From positions 1 to 61,312 of the forward strand of contig CAVTZU010000016.1 in assembly GCA_963739305.1 (NCBI GenBank): 61,312 nt of DNA. Direction: 5' to 3'. The stretch comes from Candidatus Bathyarchaeota archaeon. GTDB lineage: Archaea > Thermoproteota > Bathyarchaeia > Bathyarchaeales > Bathycorpusculaceae. The notes beneath the pieces were generated by a model. It ran no database searches. It was not told the DNA's origin and saw nothing but the letters and a program-made list of their open reading frames with translations. Position numbers and translations under genes: made by a program. Positions 51,988 to 60,990 of this stretch are shown here, one piece after another (within the stretch, counting starts at the first letter, position 1; the number at the start of each line of letters is the position of its first letter).

Positions 51988-52359
51988 GTGTTGAGTCACA
52001 TGGATGCTAGCAGAATCGCCGACGAGAAGTACATCTATTTAACGACTAGAGGTAGGAAGACTGGAAATCCCCACACAGTTGAATTGTGGTTTGCGATAGC
52101 TGGAAAGAAAATCTATCTTAGCCATGAAGGAGCGTACACTGACTGGATGAAAAACATACTTGAGGATGGTCGAGTCGAGTTTAAGATCGGAAAGATCCAG
52201 TTTAAAGGCAACGCTCGAATTGCTGAAGCTGGGGAGGTTTTTGAATTGGGAAAACATGCTCTCTACCTTAAGTATTATGGTAAGGCAGACGAAGACACAA
52301 TTAACGAGTGGTTCTCAGAGTCAACAATAATCGAGATTTCAATGATTGGTATGGTATAA
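51988..52359 (+). CDS. Deazaflavin (F420)-dependent oxidoreductase / nitroreductase family (Ddn-like)
   Basis: YLTTRGRKTG.PHTVELWF, DW.KNI...V.....G.ARI and KY motifs. Confidence 0.8.
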   Translation: MLSHMDASRIADEKYIYLTTRGRKTGNPHTVELWFAIAGKKIYLSHEGAYTDWMKNILEDGRVEFKIGKIQFKGNARIAEAGEVFELGKHALYLKYYGKADEDTINEWFSESTIIEISMIGMV

Positions 52360-52435
52360 AACGCGCGTGCGTTTCCGCGCTATTCATCGTATCAAATTTA
52401 ATAATAGTATATGATTAGTATCGATTAGATGAGAT

Positions 52436-53947
52436 ATGACCTTTCCAGCAGATTTTCTATGGGGGGTTTCAAACAGTGGGTTCCAGTTTGAGATGGGTAG
52501 TCCATCTGGAGAAAACATAGATCCAAACACGGACTGGTATGTGTGGGTACATGATCCCTCTAACATACGGAAGGGCATCGTCAGCGGCGATCTGCCAGAA
52601 AGGGGCGTGAACTATTGGGGTCTCTACAAGCAAGACCACGCTATTGCCAAAAAGCTTGGCTTAAACGCTTACAGGATAGGGATTGAATGGAGCAGAATTT
52701 TTCCCACAAGCACATCCGCTGTTGAAGTTGGGGTGGAAAAAGCATCCGATGGAAACATTGCCAAGATAGACGTTGACGAGTCTGCTCTGGAAAATCTTGA
52801 GAAAGTCGCCGACAAAGACGCTGTAAGTCACTATCGAGATGTGATAGAAGATTTGCGGGCTAACAACTTTGAAGTATTTGTGTGCCTGAACCATTTCACC
52901 CTGCCTTTATGGATTCATAATCCAATCATCGTTCGCAAAACACGACTGCATGCAGGTCCTAAAGGCTGGGTTGATGAAAATACCATAATTGAGTTCACAA
53001 AATATGCAGCATACATGGCTTGGAAGTTGGGGGACATAGTCGACAATTGGGCGACCTTCAACGAGCCTTCGGTGATACCTGAGACAGGTTATATGATACC
53101 TGAGTCTGGATTTCCTCCAGCGTTAAACAACTTCAGAGTTTCAAGGAAAGTTGCCCTGCACCTAGTCGTCGCCCATGCCCGTTCCTATGATGTCATTAAG
53201 AAGATCGACACTGTCAAAGCCGATGAGGAAAGTGGCTGCGCTGCAAATGTTGGTTTGATACATAATGTGATCCCGGCAAGACCTTTCTCGTCGGAAAGAA
53301 AGTCCGATGTAAAAGCCGCAGAGTTCATGAATATCATGCATAATCAATTCTTTATCGAGTCCATTTGCTATGGTTGGTTGGATGAAAACCTTAACGGAGT
53401 AAAAGAGAAAGAAGAAATAAAAAACTATCTTGGACAACGCCTCGATTGGCTAGGCGTAAACTACTATAGTAGGCTTGTGGTGAAAGGAAAAACATCCATA
53501 TTGGCCAAGATTTTTGCAGGAATCTCTGCAGTTCCTGAGATTGTTCCTGGCTACGGCTTCGCATGCCAACCTAATTCCAAATCAGCAGATGGACTGCAAA
53601 CTTCAGACGTAGGATGGGAAATGTATCCAGAAGGAATGCTTGAGGCCTTAAAGGCGATGAAAAAATATGGGAAGCCACTCTATGTAACAGAAAACGGCAT
53701 CGCAGATGAAAAAGATGCACTTAGACCCAGTTTTATAATCGAACACCTAAAGATTTTCGAAAAAGCCATTAATGAAGAGAAAATTGATGTTCGCGGATAC
53801 TTCCACTGGTCTTTGACAGACAATTATGAATGGGCTAAAGGTTTTGGTCAGAAGTTTGGGTTGTTTTCCGTTGATTTGGAGACGAAGTCGCGAAAAAGTA
53901 GGAAGAGCGCCGAGGTTTTTAAGGAAATAATAAAAGGACAGAAGTAG
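52436..53947 (+). CDS. GH1 beta-glycosidase (archaeal type), no signal peptide
   Basis: FP.DFLWG...GFQFEMG, YRIGIEWSRIFP, NHFTLPLW, TFNEP (acid/base), GVNYY, YVTENG (nucleophile) and DNYEW..GF...FGL. Confidence 0.95.
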   Translation: MTFPADFLWGVSNSGFQFEMGSPSGENIDPNTDWYVWVHDPSNIRKGIVSGDLPERGVNYWGLYKQDHAIAKKLGLNAYRIGIEWSRIFPTSTSAVEVGVEKASDGNIAKIDVDESALENLEKVADKDAVSHYRDVIEDLRANNFEVFVCLNHFTLPLWIHNPIIVRKTRLHAGPKGWVDENTIIEFTKYAAYMAWKLGDIVDNWATFNEPSVIPETGYMIPESGFPPALNNFRVSRKVALHLVVAHARSYDVIKKIDTVKADEESGCAANVGLIHNVIPARPFSSERKSDVKAAEFMNIMHNQFFIESICYGWLDENLNGVKEKEEIKNYLGQRLDWLGVNYYSRLVVKGKTSILAKIFAGISAVPEIVPGYGFACQPNSKSADGLQTSDVGWEMYPEGMLEALKAMKKYGKPLYVTENGIADEKDALRPSFIIEHLKIFEKAINEEKIDVRGYFHWSLTDNYEWAKGFGQKFGLFSVDLETKSRKSRKSAEVFKEIIKGQK

Positions 53948-54006
53948 CGCGAGCTAGGATCTCTTCCTCGTTCGCGCGCGCTATTTTCGTCAAGAGCCAA
54001 GAGCAG

Positions 54007-54023
54007 ATAGAACTTTATTCTAT
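54007..54023. promoter_or_regulatory. Near-perfect palindrome ATAGAAC-TTT-ATTCTAT upstream of the S8 gene
   Basis: One mismatch to the 5721/59408 palindrome; about 100 nt upstream of ATG 54123. Confidence 0.5.
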
Positions 54024-54122
54024 AACTCAATAAGGTAAGCGTTTAATCGCACACTGCGCAAAATATGATACATTGCTACGGTACCTAGCATATGCACTGC
54101 TGGCGAAATGTAGGGCGAAAAT

Positions 54123-57100
54123 ATGAAGAGGAGAGTTCCTAGATTTGTCACGGCCTTCTGCATTTTGACTTTAATCGTAATGCTCTCCATGTTGATATTC
54201 TCCGTAGCGAAAGTGACCGATGAGTCCGACACTTCTAAACGCATTGAAAGTGGATCTTTCAAGCCCTGTGTATCGAAACCAGAGTGGGTTGACAAAGACA
54301 ATAATGGAATTGCGGATAATCTGGACCAGGAGATAGCTGATGGGTTAGGCAATCACGCGGCCCAAGAATATGTGAACGTCACTGTCATGCTAAAGTCGGA
54401 ACCAACACCTTATGATGCAGACGCATTCGTTCAATCTGGTGGATATTTGACCACATCTCCATGGACGCAAGCCATCTACGGGTTCGGTGGGCTACTGCCC
54501 TACAACAAAATTGTGGACTTCAGTCGACGGTGCTCCAACTTACTTTTGATAGAGAAAGAAGCTGTCTGCAACGCGAGTATCGCCTATGCTGCAGCACAGG
54601 TCGGCGCAAGACCGTACGTATGGAACACTCTGGGGCTTCAAGGAGACGCAAATTCCTCGATAGCCATTCTGGACACTGGAATAGACGATACCCACCCAGA
54701 CTTCTCACCTGGATTCGGCAACCAGAATTTCTCAACAAAGATAGTCGGATGGAGCAATCAGGTAGACTCTACAGACACACCGTTTGATGATAATGGACAT
54801 GGCTCCCACTGCGCTGGACTGGCCGCTGGAAACGGATTCTCCAACGTTAATGCTTCAGGATATGCTACTGCCACGTATGGAGCCAACCTCGGATCAGTAT
54901 CCACTCCAGGCACGTACTTCATGAACGGCATGATGGTGAACAAAACAGGCATCATAACCGTCAGAGTGAAATGGACAACCACTGGCACAGCCAAACTCTC
55001 GGCACTCCCACTCTACTACGGCGACAAAAGCCTCAACCAGACAACTTGGACTAACGTGGCTTCAGTTAGCACACCAAGCCAAAACACGTGGTATACCCTG
55101 ACCTATAGCGTGTCTTCAACTCCTTCCAATGGCTACGACATGTACCACCCTGCCCTTGCCCTTACATCCGGAACGGGAAACCTCTACGTAGTGTTCACAA
55201 TGTCTTGGCCTTACACGCCCCCCGCAGATGGCTTCCAACCATTAACAGGAATAGCCCCACAAGCAAAACTTGTAGGAGTCAAAGTCCTCGACTCCACAGG
55301 CTCAGGGACAACAACAGGACTCATCAACGGCATAAACTGGATAATCGCAAACAGGATGACTTATCACATAACCGTTGCAAGCTTGAGCTTGGGCTTCAGT
55401 TCCGAAGTGGGGTCGGTAGACTCCGCTATTGTGAATCTTGTGAACAGCGGAGTAACCACTGTTGTTGCAGCAGGAAACATGGGATACGGGCTTCCGCCGG
55501 ACTACAACAACATTTACACTCCTGGCTCAGTTGACGAGGTAATCACAGTTGCTGCCATTAACCAGTTCGACAACATCGCCAGCTACAGCAGTCAAGGTGG
55601 AACATCAAGATATACCGGCAAAACCATGAAGCCTGACATATCTGCGCCAGGAGGCAGTCTTTACGCTGCGTCGTTATTTAGCGCGGACTCAAACGACGGA
55701 GATGCGGAGAGCATGTGGGCAGACGTGCTGGCCAACGATTCAGCCCCTATGCAGGGAACATCAATGGCTGCACCAGTGGTCGCAGGCGCTGCAAACATAG
55801 TGATACAAGCCATGGGCGGATACATCAAGTGGAACTGGGCAAGAAGTCAGGCCCTACAACCCAAGATGATTCTGTTGATGACTGCGACAGAGACTTATCC
55901 GAATTTTCGCGACGGGGGGTTCGACTATCACTACTCCCCGACCCTTGATAGGGGTGGAAAGGATGTTCACGAAGGATTTGGCAGATTGAACCTTGACGCT
56001 GCGGTGGAAGCTCTCGTAAAAACGTACCAGATAGGAACCACAGTGGCGGATACGTTAGGTATGCCGCCTGCGCTCAGCGATATTTCGGTTCTGGGCCAAC
56101 GACTTGCATGGGCAAGGAATGTACAGCTTGTTTCAGGCTTCAAATACAATTTCACGCTTGGCGTCCCAACAGGAGCAGACTACGATCTTTACCTTTACAA
56201 CAGCACAGGAACGACCTACGGAGAACCGGCAATAGTAGCCAATAGTACAACAGCTTCGACTGGTGGAACTGAGCGATTCACTGTTGTTGCTCCTTACAAT
56301 GGAACGTACTATGTGGTCGTGAAAAGAGCGACTGAGGCTACAGGAAGCGGCATGTTCAACCTGACAAGTTCAGGCCCTGTTGACGTAACGCTTAGCACTC
56401 CAGGTCTTGCCAACGCCTCAAATGCAGTGCATTACATTCAAGACGGTAGTTCCAAGAATGGAAGCATATCTGCAAGCACATTTTTTGGCTATGCTGACAC
56501 TGGAACAACATTTCAAGTGGACAATCCAATCTACGCTTCGGCGACACAGAAGTATGTAACGTCAGATCCCGTTTCGTTCCCAATAGAGTGGGGAGTCAAT
56601 TTGACAGTCAGATACACTGAACAGTTTTGGATTCAAGTCAGCAGTTCCCATGACTTGCCGTCGCTCTCACAATGGGCGGACAGGGGAAGTAGTCTAACGG
56701 TCAACGTGACCTCCCCAGCAGACGACAATGGAATGGGAGCCAGATACAGGTGTACTGGCTATACGTTGGATGGCAACGCGCCGATCACGGATGGAAGCAT
56801 TGGCTACACTTTTGAAAACATCCAAAGCACTCATGACATTACCTTCAACTGGATAGTGCAGTATAGGCTCACTGTGTTTTCAGACCACGACTCCCCTGCC
56901 CCATCTGGTGCAGACAACTGGTACGATACGGGCGTTTTGATAGTGGCGTCTGTCACGAGTCCAGCAGACCAGGTTGGAGGAACGAGATACAGATGCACCG
57001 GCTGGACTGGAACAGGAAGCGCGCCATCGTCTGGAGCAGGAATATCAGCTTCCTTTGCTATTACCCAACCCTCGAGTTTGACATGGAACTGGATCACACA

Positions 57101-58808
57101 GTTCCTGATCACGTTCACTCAGACTGATGTAGGAACAGACTATGGTGGTGCAATGGTCACAATAGATAGCTTAGCCTATGATAGATCTGGCGTTTCCTTC
57201 TGGTGGGACAGCAACAGCACTCACAGTTTCTCATTCCAATCGTCAATAGTTGTTACCACAGATGTCAAAAGATATGCTTGGAACACTACAAACGGGCTGT
57301 CGACACTGCGAGCGGACAACATCACAGTATCCGATTCAGGAACAGTCACAGGCAACTATAAGACTCAATGGTATATTGCATTCAGCCAGACTGGCGTCGG
57401 CTCCGATTTCACGGGCACCGTCGTCACCATAGACGGATCAAACCGTGATAGAAGCAGTGTTTGGTTCTGGTGGTACGATCAGAGTATCCATAGTTTTGCT
57501 TTCCAGTCACCGTTGGTCTCCGCTCCAAATATGAAACTGTACAAGTGGAACGTTACCATTGGTCTGTCAACGAATCAGGGCGACACTTCATTCCAGGTGA
57601 CTCAATCGGGAAGCATAACAGGCAACTACAAAACTCAGTATAACATTACGTTTGCCCAGACAAATGTTGGTTCTGACTTCGCCGGAACAGTGGTTACCAT
57701 TGATGATGCAAGTTACAATTCGGGCACGTTTCCAGTGCAATTCTGGTGGGATGATGGCACTTTTCACTTGTTCTCTTTCTCTTCTCCACTCGTCGTAAAC
57801 GCCACCAAGTCGTACGATTGGGTTTCCACAACAGGTCTTTCCACGCTTCAAGGCGAAACCTTGCTTATCACAGGCTCGGGAAGCGTGACAGGTAACTATT
57901 TTGTTCACATCAGATATGAGATAACATTCAACCAGACAGGTGTTGACGTTGACTCTTCGGGGAAAGTAGTAAGAATCGACGGCGTCAACTACAGTGCCGC
58001 CGGTTTGCCCGTTACGTTCTTGTTCGATGCTAGTTCTTTTCACACGTTTTCGTTTGATTCTGAGGTCAGCGCCGGCGTTGCCAAACAATATATATGGATC
58101 TCTACGAGCGGTCTATCTTCGCTTCAAAACGGGTCTATCACAGCAACGGCCTCTGGAAACATTATTGGAACCTACAGACGAAAGCCGACTCTTGCAATCA
58201 ATCCGGCTGACAGAATATGCCGTAAGTACAATGAGACGTTCACTGTTCAGGTCAACGTGACGAACGCTCCTAGCGCTCAAGAATTCACGTTTGAGATTCG
58301 CTACAACGCTACACTTCTCGAAGTTGCAGGCATAAACTGGAATGCTTGGGGAAGCGGAACATACGATGCTGACGAGGTTAACGGCATTTTGACAGGTTAC
58401 ACTTCAGGCAGCCCACTAAACGGAAACGCAACGTTGCTCACGATAACCTTCAACGCGACTTACCATCACATATGGAAAGACGAACGCGCGGTTTCAGGTT
58501 GGAAGAACATTCAGACAAGCGCAATCTACATCCAAATGGCGAACCTTAGCTATCCAACGGGTCCAGACCTAGGTTACGAAAGAGTTGGCCTAAACCAGAT
58601 CAACGTTGGTCCAGACACAGCGTACACGTTTTCGCCTATTAGGGGAGACATTAACAATGATGGCACCGTGGACATCCAGGACCTCAGCCAAATAGCCAGT
58701 CACTATGATCAGGTTGATCCCGAATACAACTTGATCGGCGATCCGGTAGTAGACATATTTGACCTGGTCGCTGTCACAAGCAACTTCTGGTACATATACA
58801 CACAATAG
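54123..58808 (+). CDS. S8 (subtilisin-like) serine protease + beta repeats + cohesin-like + class-B dockerin
   Basis: Intact 1561-aa ORF; signal peptide; catalytic IAILDTGID, HGSHCAG and GTSMAAP; oxyanion AAGN; DYDLYLY PPC-like domain; ~85-aa repeats; C-terminal GDINNDGTVDIQDL...VDIFDLV. Confidence 0.93.
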   Translation: MKRRVPRFVTAFCILTLIVMLSMLIFSVAKVTDESDTSKRIESGSFKPCVSKPEWVDKDNNGIADNLDQEIADGLGNHAAQEYVNVTVMLKSEPTPYDADAFVQSGGYLTTSPWTQAIYGFGGLLPYNKIVDFSRRCSNLLLIEKEAVCNASIAYAAAQVGARPYVWNTLGLQGDANSSIAILDTGIDDTHPDFSPGFGNQNFSTKIVGWSNQVDSTDTPFDDNGHGSHCAGLAAGNGFSNVNASGYATATYGANLGSVSTPGTYFMNGMMVNKTGIITVRVKWTTTGTAKLSALPLYYGDKSLNQTTWTNVASVSTPSQNTWYTLTYSVSSTPSNGYDMYHPALALTSGTGNLYVVFTMSWPYTPPADGFQPLTGIAPQAKLVGVKVLDSTGSGTTTGLINGINWIIANRMTYHITVASLSLGFSSEVGSVDSAIVNLVNSGVTTVVAAGNMGYGLPPDYNNIYTPGSVDEVITVAAINQFDNIASYSSQGGTSRYTGKTMKPDISAPGGSLYAASLFSADSNDGDAESMWADVLANDSAPMQGTSMAAPVVAGAANIVIQAMGGYIKWNWARSQALQPKMILLMTATETYPNFRDGGFDYHYSPTLDRGGKDVHEGFGRLNLDAAVEALVKTYQIGTTVADTLGMPPALSDISVLGQRLAWARNVQLVSGFKYNFTLGVPTGADYDLYLYNSTGTTYGEPAIVANSTTASTGGTERFTVVAPYNGTYYVVVKRATEATGSGMFNLTSSGPVDVTLSTPGLANASNAVHYIQDGSSKNGSISASTFFGYADTGTTFQVDNPIYASATQKYVTSDPVSFPIEWGVNLTVRYTEQFWIQVSSSHDLPSLSQWADRGSSLTVNVTSPADDNGMGARYRCTGYTLDGNAPITDGSIGYTFENIQSTHDITFNWIVQYRLTVFSDHDSPAPSGADNWYDTGVLIVASVTSPADQVGGTRYRCTGWTGTGSAPSSGAGISASFAITQPSSLTWNWITQFLITFTQTDVGTDYGGAMVTIDSLAYDRSGVSFWWDSNSTHSFSFQSSIVVTTDVKRYAWNTTNGLSTLRADNITVSDSGTVTGNYKTQWYIAFSQTGVGSDFTGTVVTIDGSNRDRSSVWFWWYDQSIHSFAFQSPLVSAPNMKLYKWNVTIGLSTNQGDTSFQVTQSGSITGNYKTQYNITFAQTNVGSDFAGTVVTIDDASYNSGTFPVQFWWDDGTFHLFSFSSPLVVNATKSYDWVSTTGLSTLQGETLLITGSGSVTGNYFVHIRYEITFNQTGVDVDSSGKVVRIDGVNYSAAGLPVTFLFDASSFHTFSFDSEVSAGVAKQYIWISTSGLSSLQNGSITATASGNIIGTYRRKPTLAINPADRICRKYNETFTVQVNVTNAPSAQEFTFEIRYNATLLEVAGINWNAWGSGTYDADEVNGILTGYTSGSPLNGNATLLTITFNATYHHIWKDERAVSGWKNIQTSAIYIQMANLSYPTGPDLGYERVGLNQINVGPDTAYTFSPIRGDINNDGTVDIQDLSQIASHYDQVDPEYNLIGDPVVDIFDLVAVTSNFWYIYTQ

Positions 58809-58974
58809 CGCACGTGGTTCGCACCAACATCGAAGTCCATGGCACAGTCGTAAGAAGTTTTGGTGAATGAAACGTATTCGTGCCCAATGTAGTGTTCTCA
58901 GTGTGTAGCGCGCGCTAGATCACACTGCACTACTCTTTCGAAAGTCTAATTAATTCACCAAGCTAACTTGAGAG

Positions 58975-59211
58975 GTGGCGAAATGGTTGGCAATTGAAAT
59001 TGAGGAATTAACGAAAAATCTTGAACCAAAAAACCGAGGGCGTGTAAGAGCCTTAGAGACTGGAGAAAAATACATACTACGGTTCAATGTGGATAGTTTA
59101 AGATTACGAGATGTCGAAAATATCCTTAAAGACATCAGGAAAAGCGTGCCAAAAAACTTCAAAGAGAAACGAGTCCATATCCAACTTGACGGTGTTGTTG
59201 ATTTTCGTTAA
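58975..59211 (+). CDS. Small hypothetical protein
   Basis: 78-aa ORF with GAG-GTG start; charged, globular-looking. Confidence 0.55.
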   Translation: MAKWLAIEIEELTKNLEPKNRGRVRALETGEKYILRFNVDSLRLRDVENILKDIRKSVPKNFKEKRVHIQLDGVVDFR

Positions 59212-59405
59212 ACAGCGCGCGCTGTCCAAGGTAAGACTTTAATAAAGAATCCAATGCTGTATGTGAAGGAGACTAGCAGGAAAGTGATTCGGACAAAACT
59301 CCTTTCTCCCAAAGTTTTTTTTGTTTGACGCTCTCCTGCTTCTCCCCTTTAATTCTCCCTTTCCATTCGCGATACAATAATCGCACAATGGTCCTATAAT
59401 AGTTC

Positions 59406-59508
59406 TTATAGAACAAAGTTCTATCTCACTACGCGTACGCTGACCCTTCTTTTTCTGTAATTTCGGGAAATAGAACATAATTATAGAAGATAGGGCAACA
59501 AGTTCTAT
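59406..59508. promoter_or_regulatory. Cluster of TAGAAC-type sites
   Basis: ATAGAACAAAGTTCTAT 59408-59424; TAGAACATAATTATA 59471-59485; reverse ATAGAACTTGTTGCC 59494-59508. Confidence 0.45.
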
Positions 59509-59704
59509 TTCTCTGAGGGCCTGTTATCGCTGCGTTAAAGGACTTGAGACATTAAAACGAATCTACGATAGGGCAGACTTGAAAGTGTTAGCATAACTGG
59601 AGTTTTACGCATGAATCATAAGAATAGGAGCATTTTGCTCAACATTTCCATGTCGGTTTTTTATAGCTCACCGTCCAATAGACTGGTGGGAGCATGACCA
59701 GGGC

Positions 59705-59878
59705 ATGGTAAATAAGAAAGCGCATGTCAAGTGTCCCAACTGCGGTTTATCAGGCACACTCACTTTTGCAGAGGAGCCATCCACAGCATCACAAGAGAAG
59801 CCATCCAACCAAGAGACCTCTGTTGTCACAATGAATTGCCTTCGTTGTGGGACAATTATGAGAGTCCGATGGGAATAA
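59705..59878 (+). CDS. Small zinc-ribbon protein (57 aa, below the ORF-track cutoff)
   Basis: MVNKKAHVKCPNCG...MNCLRCGTIMRVRWE*, two CxxCG knuckles; TTTTTATA TATA-like element at about 59658-59665. Confidence 0.6.
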   Translation: MVNKKAHVKCPNCGLSGTLTFAEEPSTASQEKPSNQETSVVTMNCLRCGTIMRVRWE

Positions 59879-60177
59879 GTAGCGCGCGTAAGAAGCGCGC
59901 GCACGAATGTGGCTATACGGCCACAACGGTCTATACAGACCGTTTCGTTATACAGAGACTAATTCTCTGCATGCTACGAGGGGAGTGGAAAGGTTCAAGA
60001 AATTGCTAGATGATCTGGAAAACTGCCGATCTGGTACGCGCGCGCGATAGTCGTAAAAGAACTTGGAATAACGAGCTGGCTCAAAGGAGAAAGATGATAT
60101 ATCTGCTGGTTTTGCACAAATCCATTGGCGCGCGCTACAAACGGTAAGGGGTTTAAAAGGAAGAAGTATATTTTCAG

Positions 60178-60990
60178 ATGGGCAGACTTATGTCTACGGT
60201 GTACTTCTCCGAGAAAGTCAACAGGGAACACTTCGTTAACAAGATCTTGGAGGTCTTTTCTGCGCCGTTGCAGAAGGCTAAGAAGGTTTTTGTAAAGCCC
60301 AACATTGTATCTTATGAGCCTTATCCGACTACCACTCATCCAGAGGTTCTTGAAGCCGTTTTGAAGCGACTCGGCGGCTGCGAGTTAGTGGTCGGTGACG
60401 CGCCGGCTATTGACGCGGGCAGATCAAGCAGGATTCTGCAGAAATCGCCTCTGAACGAAGTATGTACCCGCTATGGCGTTAAGTTGATGAATTTGTATTC
60501 TGAGAAGATGCAGACCGTGCAGAGTCCAAGAGGCTATAAAGTTAAGGTGTCAGCTCTGCCTCTTGCTTGCGACTTTGTCATTTCTCTTCCTGTTTTGAAA
60601 GTTCACGGGATGGTTGGGTTGAGCGGGGCCTTGAAGAACCAGTTCGGCTACCTGAGCAGACAAGACAGATTTCTGATGCACTGCAAAGTAAAAAGCATAA
60701 ACAAGGGGATAGCCGAAGTCAACGCCGCGGTCCCAACAAACCTGTTCATCGTCGACGCTGTGGAAACCATGATAAAAGCCCAGGAATGCAGACACGGAGG
60801 CTGCCCCGCCAAATTAAACACAATGATCGCAGGCACTGACCCAGTAAGCTTGGACCTTTTTGGGCTAGAGCTTTTCAAAAGGTTGGAGCCAAAATTCGAA
60901 AATATAAAAAATCAAGCCTTGAAATACATCGAATATGCTTCCGACTATGGTTTGGGGATGAAAGATTTTACCGCAAAAGAAGTTCAATAA
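60178..60990 (+). CDS. DUF362 family protein
   Basis: VFVKPN, TTHP, VGD, VISLPVLKVH...LSGALKNQFG, IVDA and AGTDPVSLD. Confidence 0.9.
   Translation: MGRLMSTVYFSEKVNREHFVNKILEVFSAPLQKAKKVFVKPNIVSYEPYPTTTHPEVLEAVLKRLGGCELVVGDAPAIDAGRSSRILQKSPLNEVCTRYGVKLMNLYSEKMQTVQSPRGYKVKVSALPLACDFVISLPVLKVHGMVGLSGALKNQFGYLSRQDRFLMHCKVKSINKGIAEVNAAVPTNLFIVDAVETMIKAQECRHGGCPAKLNTMIAGTDPVSLDLFGLELFKRLEPKFENIKNQALKYIEYASDYGLGMKDFTAKEVQ

Noticed and set aside
54282-54330. DKDNNGIADNLD in the S8 N-terminus as a twelfth dockerin
   Set aside because: Only one Ca-loop-like motif is present, without the duplicated segment, so it was not counted.
59239-59478. 79-aa minus-strand ORF with CDYC and CPNH
   Set aside because: It could be a small metal-binding protein, but it overlaps the operator-like site cluster and has no recognisable family. 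Support is too weak to call.
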